64,000 nt of DNA from the human T2T-CHM13v2.0 reference genome, Homo sapiens. The stretch lies in assembly GCF_009914755.1 (NCBI RefSeq), contig NC_060944.1; one strand, written 5' to 3'. How positions within the stretch are numbered: position 1 is the stretch's first letter; every line of letters starts with the position of its first letter. Positions 49,691 through 64,000 of this stretch are shown here, in pieces. Under the pieces are notes generated by a model. The model was not told the DNA's origin and did no database searches. It worked only from the letters and a program-made list of their open reading frames with translations. The translations under genes and the position numbers were made by a program.

Positions 49691-51099
49691 TTAACCTAAG
49701 TCCAAGGATCATGTCTTAGGTTTTAACAGGATCCCATACCCTGCTGTGGAGGACAAGGACAGGAGGTGGGAGACTAGCAAGAAGCTACTGCAATCATTTA
49801 GGCAGAGATGTTGGTGGTAGAAGCCTTGATCTACTACATTGTTCCAGAGTTTTCCTTGATTATCCTTGATCCTTGATTGTTCCAGATCCCCTTGTTTTCT
49901 CTTATCACGGACACCATGCTGGCTTGTATCTGAGATAATACCGATTGTCCTTCTCCTTTGGCCTCACTCCCAGCCTCTTCCTCTCACTCAACAACCGACA
50001 TGTCACTTGGGCTGTGTATTTATTCTTACTAAGTGCCTAGTTTGACCATCTCCTGAAGAGGTTTTTACTCTGTACCTGCAGCGTAGACTGTAAGTCCATC
50101 TCTTATGTTGAATTTCAGTGTCATAGATACTCTTCGTTATGAATGTGCACTGTGCATGTAAACAATGGAATGTGTTACATTTAACACGTAAGCCAATTAT
50201 AATTTGCAGAATCGTGTATTTACATATCACGTCTGAAGTCAAGCTGTTACCATCTTTTTTTATGGCTCAAAATAATCTGATATGAAATCAGCCCTCCCAT
50301 ATGTTCCTGGTAATCAAACTTTCTTGAAATAGTACGGCAATTTGGCCTCGATCATTAAGAACTCCTGCTGGGCCTGCTGGGTGCCGAGACTAAGAAATGC
50401 TTCTTGTTGATCTGTACAAGTCTTGCTCCCAAAGCAGAAAGCATTGCCTTTTAGCTCCACACCCCATTGACTGTCCAGCTTTTGTTTGTGTTGAGAGCCA
50501 AATCCATAGTTACAATAAGTGATTAAATACACCCTGGAGATGCCAGTCATGGGTCAACTCTTTCAAGAGGGCGCATCGGGGAAGGCAGCTACAAAATAAT
50601 ACAGAGCAGCATCAGCCTGAGCAGGAGACCAGGATTCTCATTCTTGCTGTGCTGGTAAATGACCCTGTGACTTACCCCTTTTGCTCCTTTATTTCCTCAT
50701 CTTAGTATATGGAGATTAATTTGGAAAATTCGAAAGCCTCTTTCAGCACTAAAATTCTGTTATTATATACTCTTTACAAAACATATTGGGAGGTTAGCTA
50801 ACTCTTCTGAATGTATCCTAAAATCAATAGATAAAGTGACTTTCGATGGAATGTTATGTATCCACTAAAAGAGGTATTTTAAGAGAATAATTAATTAATT
50901 ACATGAATTATATGAAAGAATTTCAACATGTTTTTAGAAACAAAAATATATGTGGATAGGAAAAAAGTGACAAAAAATTAGCAGTCTTATTTTATTCCTA
51001 TATTTTTCTGTATTTTTCAAACTTTGTAAAATCTGTCAAAAATCCTTTTATTCCTTCTGATTGCCTCTCAGATTTGAATCTTGGTCAAATGTTCAAACC

Positions 51100-51850
51100 T
51101 TGATCTTGCTTAATGGATCACAACCCATTCAGACCCCAGGCCCTCCCTACCTTTTTGTAATAAATATTTGTAAAGTCCTCTTATTTTTCATGAAATGAAA
51201 TTCATAAATAATACAATGTAACTATATACATAAGATAGACATAATCCTGTAACTGTAATAAAGGAAATTAGAAATAATGTAAATTATAATAACATACTAT
51301 ATATCTTGAAATATGAATACTTAGCTGCATTAGAAGTCCTGTGAAATCTCTTGCCGCCCACATCCATAGATGGGAGCATGGTGGACTTGGCAGCTTCCAG
51401 CACAGGCTGATCCAGGCACGATGGATGGCAATTTAAATACCGCTGTGATCCACATGGTTGTCAGTGACAGGATTGTGCTAAAGAGGAAAAGTTGATAAAG
51501 TTCCAACGAGATAGAGTCCAGGTTTCTTTTGAGTTACACAGTAGTTTCATATTTGAGAAAGTCATCAAATATTAGAATCCTCAAAGACACCTTATGTTCC
51601 TATGTCAATGGACTTAGGTTCTAATCTCAATTAATCGTAAACAGGTGTGTCATCTGTGAATGGCATTTGAATGTTAGGCCAAAGGTGAGACAATTCTTTT
51701 TTGGGCAAGACTGTTTTATGCATTGCAAGACACTTGCATCTCAGTTGCCCCCTCTTGTCTCCACTAAACGCTTATAGAACCCTCATTACTATGATAAGGA
51801 AGAAATACCCCATGTATTTCCAAACTCTTCTTCAAGGAAGCAAAGAAGAA
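51100..51850. mobile_element. Old hAT-Charlie (MER20B-like) remnant
   Basis: gagacaattc...gactgttttatgcattgcaagac...ccactaaa...atttccaaa. Confidence 0.4.
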
Positions 51851-52054
51851 TCTTCTTGACCAACACCTGTCGTGAAGCTCTGTTCCAGTTCAATTCTGCC
51901 TTTGTAGCCTCGACTTTTGCCCTTGACCATGAATCCCCTAAATCCATTTATTTCCTGAGTACAGTATACCACCTCAGTCTGTGTACTGTGGCATATGTGG
52001 GTTTGTCTATCTGGGGTGTCCTACCTCCTTAGCTTCCTGCCACAATGTCATCAT

Positions 52055-52225
52055 AATTCATTAAGATGCCTTTGACATCCAAGACACGCCATTGTTTTAT
52101 GTGCTTCTGGGAAAGAAAAAAAAATCCTGTCAAGAAACCTACAGTATGTTACTGAATGTAAGATGCACCCCAATTTCTGAGATATAAATTGTGAAAAACA
52201 ACACGCATTTAGAATTAGTAAAATC
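52055..52225. mobile_element. MER104-like Tc2 MITE
   Basis: tgtaagatgcaccccaatttctgagat...tgtgaaaaa...ttagaatt. Confidence 0.6.
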
Positions 52226-52259
52226 TTTCAAGTCAGGCAGCCTTAGAGAAGCTGCGTGC

Positions 52260-52460
52260 TTCAGTGTATAAGAATCCTTACTCAGCACCAGTGACCTAGT
52301 TAAATACTGGCTCCACCTCTTGGAGCAGTGGTGCTTCACTTTTCTTAGCTCTTAAAATGGGAATAGCAATTCGGTTTTTGGAGAATTCTACAACTTGATT
52401 CATGTACAACATCAAGCTCATGTCTGGCACATAGTTAATCCCCCAATGATGATTATTAGT
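52260..52460 (+). mobile_element. MIR
   Basis: tggctccacc...taaaatgggaatagcaat...tgtctggcacatagt. Confidence 0.6.
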
Positions 52461-52912
52461 TATTATTTTTAATGATGGGAAATTGCAATGTCATCTCTAT
52501 TGTGAATCTGTCTTGGATTCTCTCTATCGGAAGTACCTCCTCCTTTCTGTGAGCAGCCCCAGTAGTCACATACAACCTCTCAGTTTTTTGGTTTCCTTAC
52601 ATGGCTTTGGGGCTTAGAGACCAAGGGAAGCATCAACCGTTTCAGAAACTTAATGTCTGACAAAGACGGTGGTGCTCAGTAGGGCTTCAATCAGCCTTTA
52701 AAGACATCATAAAGCTGGGAGAAAATCTAGACCTCAGGTTTTCAAAGTCCCCACCCTCCTTTTTCTTAACAGCAGAATAACCTTCAGAAGAAATATTCAG
52801 CAGAAACCTGTTGAGTGGAAACATTAAAGAGGAACTGTTTTGGTTGAAGGTCTTGGGAACCTCAACACTCACTCTAAGGGACCCTGTTGAGTCTCCTAAA
52901 AACTTAGTGCTT

Positions 52913-53254
52913 GGCCGGGCACGGTGGCTCACGCCTGTAATCCCAGCACTTTGGGAGGCTGAGGTGGGTGGATCAGCTGAGGTCGGGAGTTCGAGACCAG
53001 CCTGACCAACATGGAGAAACCCTGCCTCTATTAAAAATACAAAAATTAGCTAGGCGTGGTGGCACATGTCTGTCATCTCAGCTACTCAGGAGGCTGAGGC
53101 AGGAGAATCGCTTGAACCCAGGAAGTGGAGGTTGCGGCGAGCCAAGATTGTGCTATTACACTCCAGCCTGGGCAACAAGAACAAAACTCCATCTCAAAAA
53201 AACAAAAAACAAAAAAACCCAAAAAAACCAAAAAACAAAAAAACAAACAAAAAC
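52913..53254 (+). mobile_element. AluSp with a (CAAAA)-patterned tail
   Basis: gaggtcgggagttcgagaccagcctgaccaacatggagaaa; TSD aaaa(a/c)cttagt(g/a)ctt. Confidence 0.95.
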
Positions 53255-53372
53255 AAAACCTTAGTACTTAGTAGTTTTACTAAGGAGACTCAACAGGGTC
53301 CTCTAGAGATCTTCAGGAACATTTCGGGGGTGGAAATGTCATCTGGGTACATGCACATACATGCGTGCACGT

Positions 53373-53373
<1 letters not shown>

Positions 53374-53426
<53 letters not shown>
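53374..53426. repeat. Perfect (CA)~26 microsatellite
   Basis: Uninterrupted CA run. Confidence 0.97.
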
Positions 53427-53428
<2 letters not shown>

Positions 53429-53479
53429 TCCTGAAAGGAGAAATAACTTGCTTAACTCTAGAAATCGTGGCTCTCATTT

Positions 53480-53685
53480 ACTCAGCACTGATTCTCTTCC
53501 AGGCATTGTGCAAACACTTCCCAGGCATGATCTGTTTTAATCCTTTGGAAATCCTATGAGGTAGGCATAGCAGATTCCCAATTCACAAAGGACACAACTG
53601 CCAATTAGCTCATACAGCTGATGGGGCAGTGTTGGGCTATTATCCTAGGGTCTCTGATCCTGAAGCCCCAAATCTCAACCAACGT
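53480..53685 (-). mobile_element. MIR
   Basis: ccaggcattgtgcaaacactt...tttaatcct...cctatgaggtagg. Confidence 0.65.
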
Positions 53686-55479
53686 TACATCTTTGTTTCA
53701 TTAAGTCAGTGTCGGAACCCAGTCTGTAACCAGCTGGCTAGTCTTTCAAGTTTGTGGGTCTTCTCCATCATATCCCTACTAAGAAGGTTTATTCAATGAT
53801 CTTTCACATCCTGGGATTTATGTACATTTGCTCATTTTTTAGCAGCTTCTTGTACTCCACAAAGCACTGTTTGGAGAAAAGGGAGATTTGCTGCCTATAA
53901 TTTCAGCTCCACATAGCAAGCCTGGTTGGGAAGAGAGAGGGAGAGGAAATAAGATTCTATTAATGCATCATGCCCACCTCCATACTGGGATAAATTTCTG
54001 AAAAAAAGTGAAATAGCACTCTGGTAAACCAAGCGTCATTACAGTAGACATGTGGCTCCCCCAGATAAACAACCTAGCTCTGATTTCTCTCCAAGGAGCA
54101 GTATAATAGTGTAGTTTTACATTTGATGGCTTGAAGTCAGGAAACCAAATGCTGGATTTTTGTTGGATCTTTGCGAATTCAGTCCCTTTATTTTGTTCTC
54201 TCCCTAGTGATGCGTAGTCTTAGAAACAGAGAAAAGATGATGGAAATTGTAACCAACAGTTTAGTAAATATCCAAGTCATTTTCCTTCTTATTTTCTTTG
54301 AAAAGATGGCATTGCAAATTTGCCAATTCATTTGTTTTCCAAGGCAGTGAAAGCAGGACTATCTGTTAAGAAATGCACGGAGCTGCCAAAACCCGCTGAG
54401 CAGCGCCCAACATCTGGAATTCAAACTGCTGGAAATGTAGGGAGTAAGAAAGCTATTCGCCTGCTGTTCACTGCAGATAAAGTAATGCTCATTAAGGCTT
54501 AGAGTGATGTCCAGGGAGTCAGTTCACCTGTTAGAACGCCTATCATCTCATAGAAGCCTTGCCTCATGTTCCTGAAATCTCATAAAGGAGCACCAGATGC
54601 TGTCGAAAATGGTGGGAATGTTTTCCTCTGTATATACTTTCTCAATTAAAGGCACTTTTATTTAAACACACAGCCATTTGATACACAGCAAATGTTTGCT
54701 TACCCAGAACTCAACCAAACACAATGTTTCATTAGTTCTTCCGTTCATGTCCATGATGAGCCTGTTATCTTATAATATCTTGAAGTTTCCTTTGAATCAT
54801 CAATGAAAGATTAAATTCCGTTGGGTGTGTTTTCAGTGTTTTGCACTTGCATTTGAATTATTTTGTACATTTTGACAACATAAGTCCAGGATGGCAAACG
54901 ATATCTCCCAGCATACTTTCAGCCCTGCCATTTCCCCTGCTTCTGCTCAGGTGCACACTGCGGCCATTCTTAATTGATCAGGGAACTCCTTCCTCCAGAT
55001 CTCAGTCCTGGCCTTTCACCCGACAACTACTAAAGGTTGGGTGATGCTGATACTAAAATATGGAATAACACTTATTTGCCATTACAAAACAGATAAGTTT
55101 TTGTAAAAAGAAGATTCAGTTAACAGCTAGATAAATAGGATTCTGTTGAACTTATGAAAAGCTATTGAGTGAAATGCATTTTTATATGCTGTTGATGTCT
55201 TAGGTATTATCTTCAGAGTGTATGAAGCTGACTCACAACTAAGCAGACTGTTGGTGAACTTAGGCAATGTTAGTAGCATATATTAACAATCCATGTATTT
55301 TAAAGCATTAATATGTGAGTAAATAAATAACTCATAACTTATATGCAATTATACAAATGATAATTACTTCATACTTTATAATTTGTATATATAAATTAGC
55401 AAGAAACTATCCCATAATTAACAGCAACAGCCAACACATAGAAAGGATATATTATAGTTATGCAACCCCATGTGTTATT

Positions 55480-58400
55480 TTTAATAGAAAACTATACAGA
55501 TTATAAAATACACACAGCTGAAATGTACAATTCAGTGTATATATTTATATAATCCTCAAACCTTTCAACTTATGAAGATATAGATTATTTCCATTAGCCC
55601 CCAAAATTGTGCCTATTCCCACTCAATCACTGCCCTCCCACTTTTATTTGATAAGAGTAACCATTATTTGACTTCTACCACCATCAATGAATTTTGCCTA
55701 TTCTAGGACTTTCTGTCAGTGGAGTCACACAATTTGTACTCTTTAGTGTCTGTCTTTTTTTTTCACTCACCAAAAGTTTTCTGTTTTATTTTCAGATTAA
55801 AACATGTGATTGCATGTAACAGTAGTTTGTTCCTTTTTCACTGCTGATTAGTATTCCATTATATGAATTGGTGTATCTGTTTTTCTACTGATGGACATTT
55901 GGGTTGTTTCCAGTTAAGCTTTATTACAAGTAAGTCATCTCTGTAAACATTGATGTGCAAGACTTTTTGCAAATACCTGTTTCCACTTCTACTGGGTAAA
56001 TATATAGTAGTGGAATTACTGTCTCATGTGGTAGAGGCATATGTAAGTTTATGAGAAATTTGCAGATCATTTTCCAAAATGGTTTAACTACTTTCTCTTT
56101 CTCAACACCAATATAATAGGTCCAGATGCTTCACATCCTTGCCAATATGTGATGCTGTCCATCTTTTTAGTTTTAGCCACCATAGCGTGTGTGCAGTGGT
56201 ATCTTACTGTGCTTCTGTTATGTGTTTCTCTGATGACTATTGATAATGAGCAATTTTTCACACATTTATTGGCCATTTGTATACTTTTCTTTCAAGATAT
56301 ATTGAAGTATTTCCTCAATTTTTAGTTGGAGTGATTGTCCTTTTATTGACTTGTACGAATATAGCTGGACACTGGATACAAGCCTACTGTTATACGTAAG
56401 CTTTACAATTATTTTCTTTCAGTCTGGGCCTAAACTATTTATTTTCTTTATAATAGTTTTTAGTGAGCAGAAGTCTTTCATTTTGGTGAAGCCTAACATA
56501 ATTTTTATATCCTTAGAAATTTTTGCATACTCCAGGTTGCTTTCAGTGTTCTAACTAAGAAATCGTTGCCTACCACCTGGTTCCAAATAATGTTTTAATG
56601 GTTTTTTTCTAGAAGGTTGATAGCTTTAGTTTTCACATTATCTGCTTGTTCCTATCACCATTACATTTCTTTTCTTGGTATATTGCTTTGACGTCTTAAT
56701 GAAAATTATGTATGGAGTCTATTTCTGAGTTTCTATTCTGTTTTAATAATCTGTCTATTCTTATGCAAATACCATACTTAATCTAACTTTAATACAGAAG
56801 TGTTGATCTTTTAATTTTATTCTTTTCAAAACTATTTTGGTTTTCTAATCAGATTGTCAGGTTTTACCAAAAAAATTCTGCTGAGATTTTGACTGGGATT
56901 GCATTGAATTCATAGATACATTTTGAAGATGTTCATTTAACTAGATTGCTTATTTCTATCCATGAACATGGTATGCTTCTCCCTTATTCAGATGGCCTTT
57001 AATTTCTCTCAGCATTGTTTGGTATGCAACTCTGTGTATCTGCCATTAAATTTATCCATTGGAATTTTGTGGTTTTTTTTTTTTTTAAACTTTTATGTTC
57101 AGGGTATATGTTCAGGTTTGTTACATAGGTAAATTGTGTGTTGTGGGGGATTGCTGTAGTAGGAATTATTTTGTTACCCAGGTAATAAGCATAGTATCTA
57201 ATAGTTTTACGGACCTCACCCCTCTCCCAACCTCCAACTTCAAGTATTTTTTAATGTTATTGTAAATGTTATTGTCACTCTAAATTTGATTTTCCAATTC
57301 TGCTTTGCTACAATAAGGAGATATAATTTTTGTAGATTGGCATAGTATCTTGTGACCTTGCCTAATTTACTTGTTCTAATTATTGTTTTTAAACTCATTA
57401 AGATTTTTTTGCATATATGAAATTGTCATTTGCAAATAAAGATGTATTACTTTCTTCATAAACTTTTAAATAAGTAGGGAGAAAATTTTTCTCCCCACTT
57501 ATTGCACTGGTCAGGATCTTTAGTACAATGTTGAATCGAAGTGAAAAGAATAGACATCCTTGATTTGTTGCTTATTTATGAGCCAACATTCAGTTTTTCA
57601 CCATTAAAAATACTGTTTGCCGTGAGTTTCTTATAGATGCCTTTTGATTGCAAAAACTTCCTTCTATTTCTAGTTTCCTGAGAATTTTTTCATGAATGAG
57701 TTTTGAATTTTGTCAAATATGTTTCTGAATCTATGAATATAATTTTCTTTATTGTATTAATGTGGTAAATTGCATCAGATTTTGAAATCTTGTATTCCTG
57801 AAATAAACTCCATTTGGTCATGATGTATTATTCTTTTTTACATTGCTGAATCTGATTTTGCCATGCTTTATTAAAATGTTCTCCATCTATTTTCACATGG
57901 AGTGCTGGCTGAGTTTTCATTTTATATAATGTCCTTATGTGGTTTTGTTTTCAAGGATATGATGGTCTGATAAAATCAGCTGGGGCATATTCTTTCTTCT
58001 CTGTTTTCTGAAAGTGTTTGTGTTAAATCGGTATTATTTCTTTTTTAAATGTTAAGAATTCACCAGTGAAGTCATTTGATCTAGGAGTTTCCTTTTGGGG
58101 AAAGTTTTCATTATCAACTCAGTTTCTTAACAGATATAGGGCTATTCAGATTTTTCTGTTTATTTTCACATCCATTTTACTAAATTATATCATTCAAGTA
58201 ATTTCGATAATTCATGTAAGTTGTTATATTCATTGGTATAAAGTTGATTATAATATTTTCTTATTAGCCTAGAGATGTCTGTAGGTTTTATCATAATGTA
58301 CCCCCTTCATTCTTAATTTTGGAACTTTCCTCTTTTTTATTAAAACTGTTCTTGTGGTTTGCTTATTCTTGCTATTGCTTCCCATTTTCCATTTCATCGA

Positions 58401-59700
58401 TTTCAATGCTTACATATTAGTTCCTTCTTTCTACTTATTTCCATTCTAATTTGCTCTTTTTATAACTTAGTTGGAAAATTCAATTATAATTTAAAATTTT
58501 TGTCTTTTGTAATATTAATATTTACATCTTTAATTTTTTTCTCAAAGAACTATAGTAGATGTATTCCAAAAATTTTGGTATGTTTTCATTCTGAGTTCAG
58601 AATAGCTTCTCATTTTTCTTGTGATTTTTTTTCCATAACTCATAGGTTATTTTGAAGTTTGTCATTCAATTTATAAATATTTATTTTTTTCAGATACATT
58701 TTGTTATTGACCTTCAGTTTAATTCTGTTATGACTAGAGAACATACTCTATATATTTTCAGTCTTTGGATATGTATTAAGACTGTTTTATGTCTCAATCT
58801 ATAGAATATCTTAATGTTTTATGTGCATTTAAAAGAATGTCTATTCTGCAGTTGTTCATTTGAGTGTCCTATAATTACTAGCTAGGTTATGTCCCTTGAT
58901 AGAATTGTTCAAGACTTGCTGATTTTCTGAATATTCCTTTTATCTATTACTGAGAAATGAATATTCAGACCTACAACTCTGTGAATTTATGTCTATTTCA
59001 ATTAGTTTTTGCTTTGTATAATTTGAAGCTCTGTTATTAAGTGTGTATGTATTATGATTGCTGCATCTTCATTATGAATGGACACATATCACAAAATATT
59101 TCCTTCTTTTTCTGTGGTGGTAATCTTTAACATGAAGTCTACTTTGTCTAATATTATTATAGTAACTACTTTAGCATTCTTAGGATTAGTGCTTGCACTG
59201 TATTTTATTTTTAAACCTTTTCGTTTATCTGGTGTCTATATTTAAAATGTGTCTCTTATAAAGAACATATAGTTGTCTCGCTTTTTGAAAATCTAATCTA
59301 ACAATCTTTGCCTTTTATGTGGTGTGCTTACTTCATTACATTCATTTAATGTAATTATTGATACTGTTAGTTTTATATCTACCAACCTGCTTCATCTTCT
59401 ATTTTTATCAACTTTCTTTTGTTCCCTTTTCTTCCATTTTTACCTGCTTTTGGATTGAACACATACTTTTTAAATTGTATTTGATTTTATCTTTTCTATT
59501 GGCTTTTTGACTGTACTTTTAAATTTTATTTTTAAAAGGATTACTCTAGGAATTATAATAATTATACTAAACTTACTACGGTCTACTCTGAATTAATGTT
59601 GTGCCACATCAAATATAATAAAATAACCTTATAGCAGTATACTCCCATTTATCTGCTTCACGTTTTTTGCGCTATTGTTAACATATATTTTATACAATGT
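55480..59700 (-). mobile_element. Long old L1M (MC/MD/ME-type) 3'UTR and ORF2 remnant
   Basis: tgatggacatttgggttgtttccag, cacatccttgccaa, tttgactgggattgcattgaat, tttagtacaatgttgaat, aagaattcaccagtgaag. Confidence 0.85.
57073..57245 (-). mobile_element. Short L1PA16/L1PB 3' end nested in the older L1
   Basis: poly(T), caggtttgttacataggtaaattg...acccaggtaataagcatagta. Confidence 0.8.
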
Positions 59701-59809
59701 TCCATGCATCTTACCTGGTGCTTATGATTAGAAGTGATACCTACTACCTACTCATGGACAGTCCCTGAAGTCTCTCCATGTTATCAGAGACAATAAAAAA
59801 TATTTTTTA

Positions 59810-60575
<766 letters not shown>

Positions 60576-61169
60576 AAGAAAGAATAGTAATAAAAATACT
60601 ATTTGTTTCAGAACTTTTGAGAAACAGTTTGTTGCAAACTTAACAATAACATTGACACTGTCAGGATAACATCTCAAAGAACATGGTACCCTTGCTTCAG
60701 AAGAATAGCATCATTTTAATGCAGTATTCCACAGATGTCTGTCCTTCCCATAGAATTAATGTTTTGATAATTTTATTCAGCAAAGCTATATTTATTGTTT
60801 TGTTTTACTTATCTAATAGTGAGCTAAAACGTCAGAAATAAAATATCATAAATTCTTATTTCCATTTTACAAATGCAGAATTTGAGATGCAGAGAAATAA
60901 TGTCACCAAAATAATCTTTCAGATCAGAATTTATCAATTTTATTTCTATCTAGCATTTAAAAAAACATGAATTACTATCAAATTCCGTAAACTTAGGCTT
61001 CACATAATGATTATCATTTTTTAGGATATTCACATTTATGATAAGACAAGGAAAAAGAAACAGTTTATAAATATTAGAAAGTATCAAACAAAATTATAAT
61101 TTTTTTCAGAGTCCTTGTTTTTCTTTCTAAAATGCAAGTGAGAAAAAAACTGAACTGATAATAAGTAAG

Positions 61170-61400
61170 TTCTTTAAAATGGCCAGTAAAATAAATTTCC
61201 AAAAATCAATAGCTTTTCTATGTGCTAAAAATTGTTAGAAAATATAATGCAATATAAAGTCCTATTCACAGTAATAACAAAAAAAGTGAAAAAAGTTATA
61301 CCTAGGAATACATTTATGAAAGATGCTGGGCCAAATTTTTTTAAAAACCAAAACTTGTCAGAGGAATATAAAACAGAAATAAAGGAGAATCATGATGATT
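61170..61400 (+). mobile_element. Old L1M ORF2 fragment
   Basis: aaaaatcaatagcttttctatgtgc...ctattcacagtaataac...atacctaggaata. Confidence 0.6.
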
Positions 61401-62258
61401 GAATAAATGCAAATTAAAATGAGATAATAATTATCTGAAAGAGATAACCCACCTGCTCCTATCCATTAAAACTTGAGCTGCAATTTGTTTAGTATATCAG
61501 TGGCCATTCACTTAGCAAAGTCCTCAAGTACTGAGCTATAACCTTAGCAAGTTTGTTAATAGTCATGATGGAGGAAAAGATCAGAAGTAGCATTAGAAGG
61601 GACATTACTTATATAATATGTTAACCTTTTTTGTAAGTCTCTCTAAAATGGATAACTTCCTTAATGCATCAAGACTTTTTGTATGTCAAGCAATTTTTCC
61701 ATGGACACACAAGAAAAAAAAATTGAAAAACTGCAACTTTGATCTATGACAATGTTTTTTATATATTGTTTTATGCTCACAAATAAGAAATATCACTATC
61801 ACACTCAGCAGCTGTGTTTGTTGTTGTTGTTGCCTCTGTGTTGCTATAGAATGAGTCAGCCTCATTACCATGTCTGTTCATTAAGGTTTTTTCCTAATTG
61901 CACTCTTGGACTAAGCTTCCATAATCGAGAAAGTGAGCATGTTATCTACTCACACAGCAGCCCTGAATGAGGAGGCAGCCTTGCCATTTATTGTGTTTTT
62001 GAACAGAAGTGAGTGATATTTTTAAACCTAAAGTGAGAAAATGGCAACTGTAGCTATGACTCAAACAATAGGCACCTGCAGCTGTTACAAGTTTTGCTAG
62101 TCTAAGAAAGACAAAAGATGGTTTCTTTGTTTTTAATCATTCTTGACATTTTATTTCACAAAGTCCTGACTGTCCTAAACTGTCTACTGAAGCTTGGATG
62201 CCTAATTGTACTCTACAGTGCAAATTAGGGATGCGGCCAACAACTTCTTTTAAAGAGC

Positions 62259-62892
62259 TGATAGCAACAGGAGGCAGCCAAATGCCTAGGCAGATGGGGC
62301 GGGTATCTGATGAAGCCCCACCTCCAAACCCAAGACAGTTTAAAGCCCAAAAGCCAAGCTGCAAATTAATCTGAGTCTGGATTGAGAACTTGTCTCCTAT
62401 TTGGCATGCTTTCCTCTGATTGATCCCTACCCTTCATTTATTTTACATATACCTACCCTTTCCTAATTGATTTTCTACACTGTCATGCCCACCTTTGAGT
62501 GGTGTCTTCCTTTTAAACTTTTTTGCATATTCACAAACCAATCAGCATGCATTCCTCATCCTGTGCCTATAAAGACCCTAGACTCAGTCAGTAGGAGAGG
62601 AGATGACCTGACTTCAGGGAAGAGACAACCTGACTTTGGGGAAGACAACCTGCCCTTCCTGTCCCCTCTCCAGCTCTTCTGTCTGCTGAGAATCGTTTTC
62701 ATCACTCAGTAAAATTATCCACCTTCACCACCCTTCAACTGTCCATGTGACCTCATTCTTCTTCGATGTCAGACAAGAGCTCAGGATCCACCAAGTGTGG
62801 GTACCCAGAAAAGGCGGTCACACTGGCCCTTGCCCTTGCTGGTGGAGGGCAGCTGCCCCACATGATGAGGAAAGGGACCAACTGAGCTGCTG
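62259..62892 (+). mobile_element. MER50-type ERV1 LTR (3' end missing)
   Basis: tgatagcaacaggaggcagccaaatgcctaggcagat...; ccaat at 62538, tataaa at 62568. Confidence 0.82.
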
Positions 62893-62983
62893 AGGTCATT
62901 TCTGTTTTGTTCTGGTAATTGCTATATGGGAAATAGGGAAGAGCTGCTCTCAACTGAAATACTCTGATGATTGCATCCAAATA

Positions 62984-63310
62984 CAAGTTAAGCATCCCTA
63001 ATTCCCAAATCCAAAATGCTCCAAAATTCAAAACTTTCTGAGCACTGACATGAAATAGTAACACCTTTGCTTTCAGATGGTCCAATGAACACAAACTTTG
63101 TTTCATGCACAACATTATTTAAAATATTGTATAAATTTAGCTTCATGCTATGTGTTTAAGGTGTATATAAAAAATAAATTTCATGTTTAGACTTGGGTTC
63201 TATTCCTAAGATATCTGATTATGTATATGCAAGTATTTAAAAATCTGAAAAAGTTCGAAATCCAAAACACTTCTAGGCCCAAGCATTTTGAATGAGGGAT
63301 ACTCAACTCA
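62984..63310. mobile_element. Tigger4 (Zombi)-type TcMar MITE
   Basis: ta|caagttaagcatccct...aaatccaaaatgctccaaaa...cccaagcattttgaatgagggatactcaac. Confidence 0.82.
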
Positions 63311-63347
63311 TCATCTCTTTCAGTCAGTAGACCTGTGTTACAACTAT

Positions 63348-64000
<653 letters not shown>

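Overview
Primate (very likely human) AT-rich, CpG-depleted genomic DNA that reads as intronic or intergenic. Roughly half is recognisable interspersed repeat: about 17 Alus (J, S and Y plus a FLAM), L1 fragments from old L1M to young L1PA3, L2, MIR, solo LTRs (MLT1/MLT2, MER4B, MER34-like, MER50, LTR33, MER73-like) and DNA-transposon MITEs (MER1B, MER20, MER33, MER5A, MER58B, Tigger3a/4, MADE1, MER104). I found no protein-coding gene, RNA gene, CpG island or CRISPR array. The ORF track is explained by broken L1 ORF2, Alu, microsatellite and chance ORFs. I see no evidence of a new biological system. The most notable items are retrotransposition footprints visible in the sequence: a probable L1 3' transduction, a twin-primed 5'-inverted L1, a tail-less Alu with an intact TSD, and an unassigned hairpin split by an Alu. 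There are also several candidate lncRNA exons and enhancer-like unique segments. Subfamily names come from my recall of consensus sequences and were not run through RepeatMasker. Boundaries of old elements are approximate, and the chromosomal locus was not identified.
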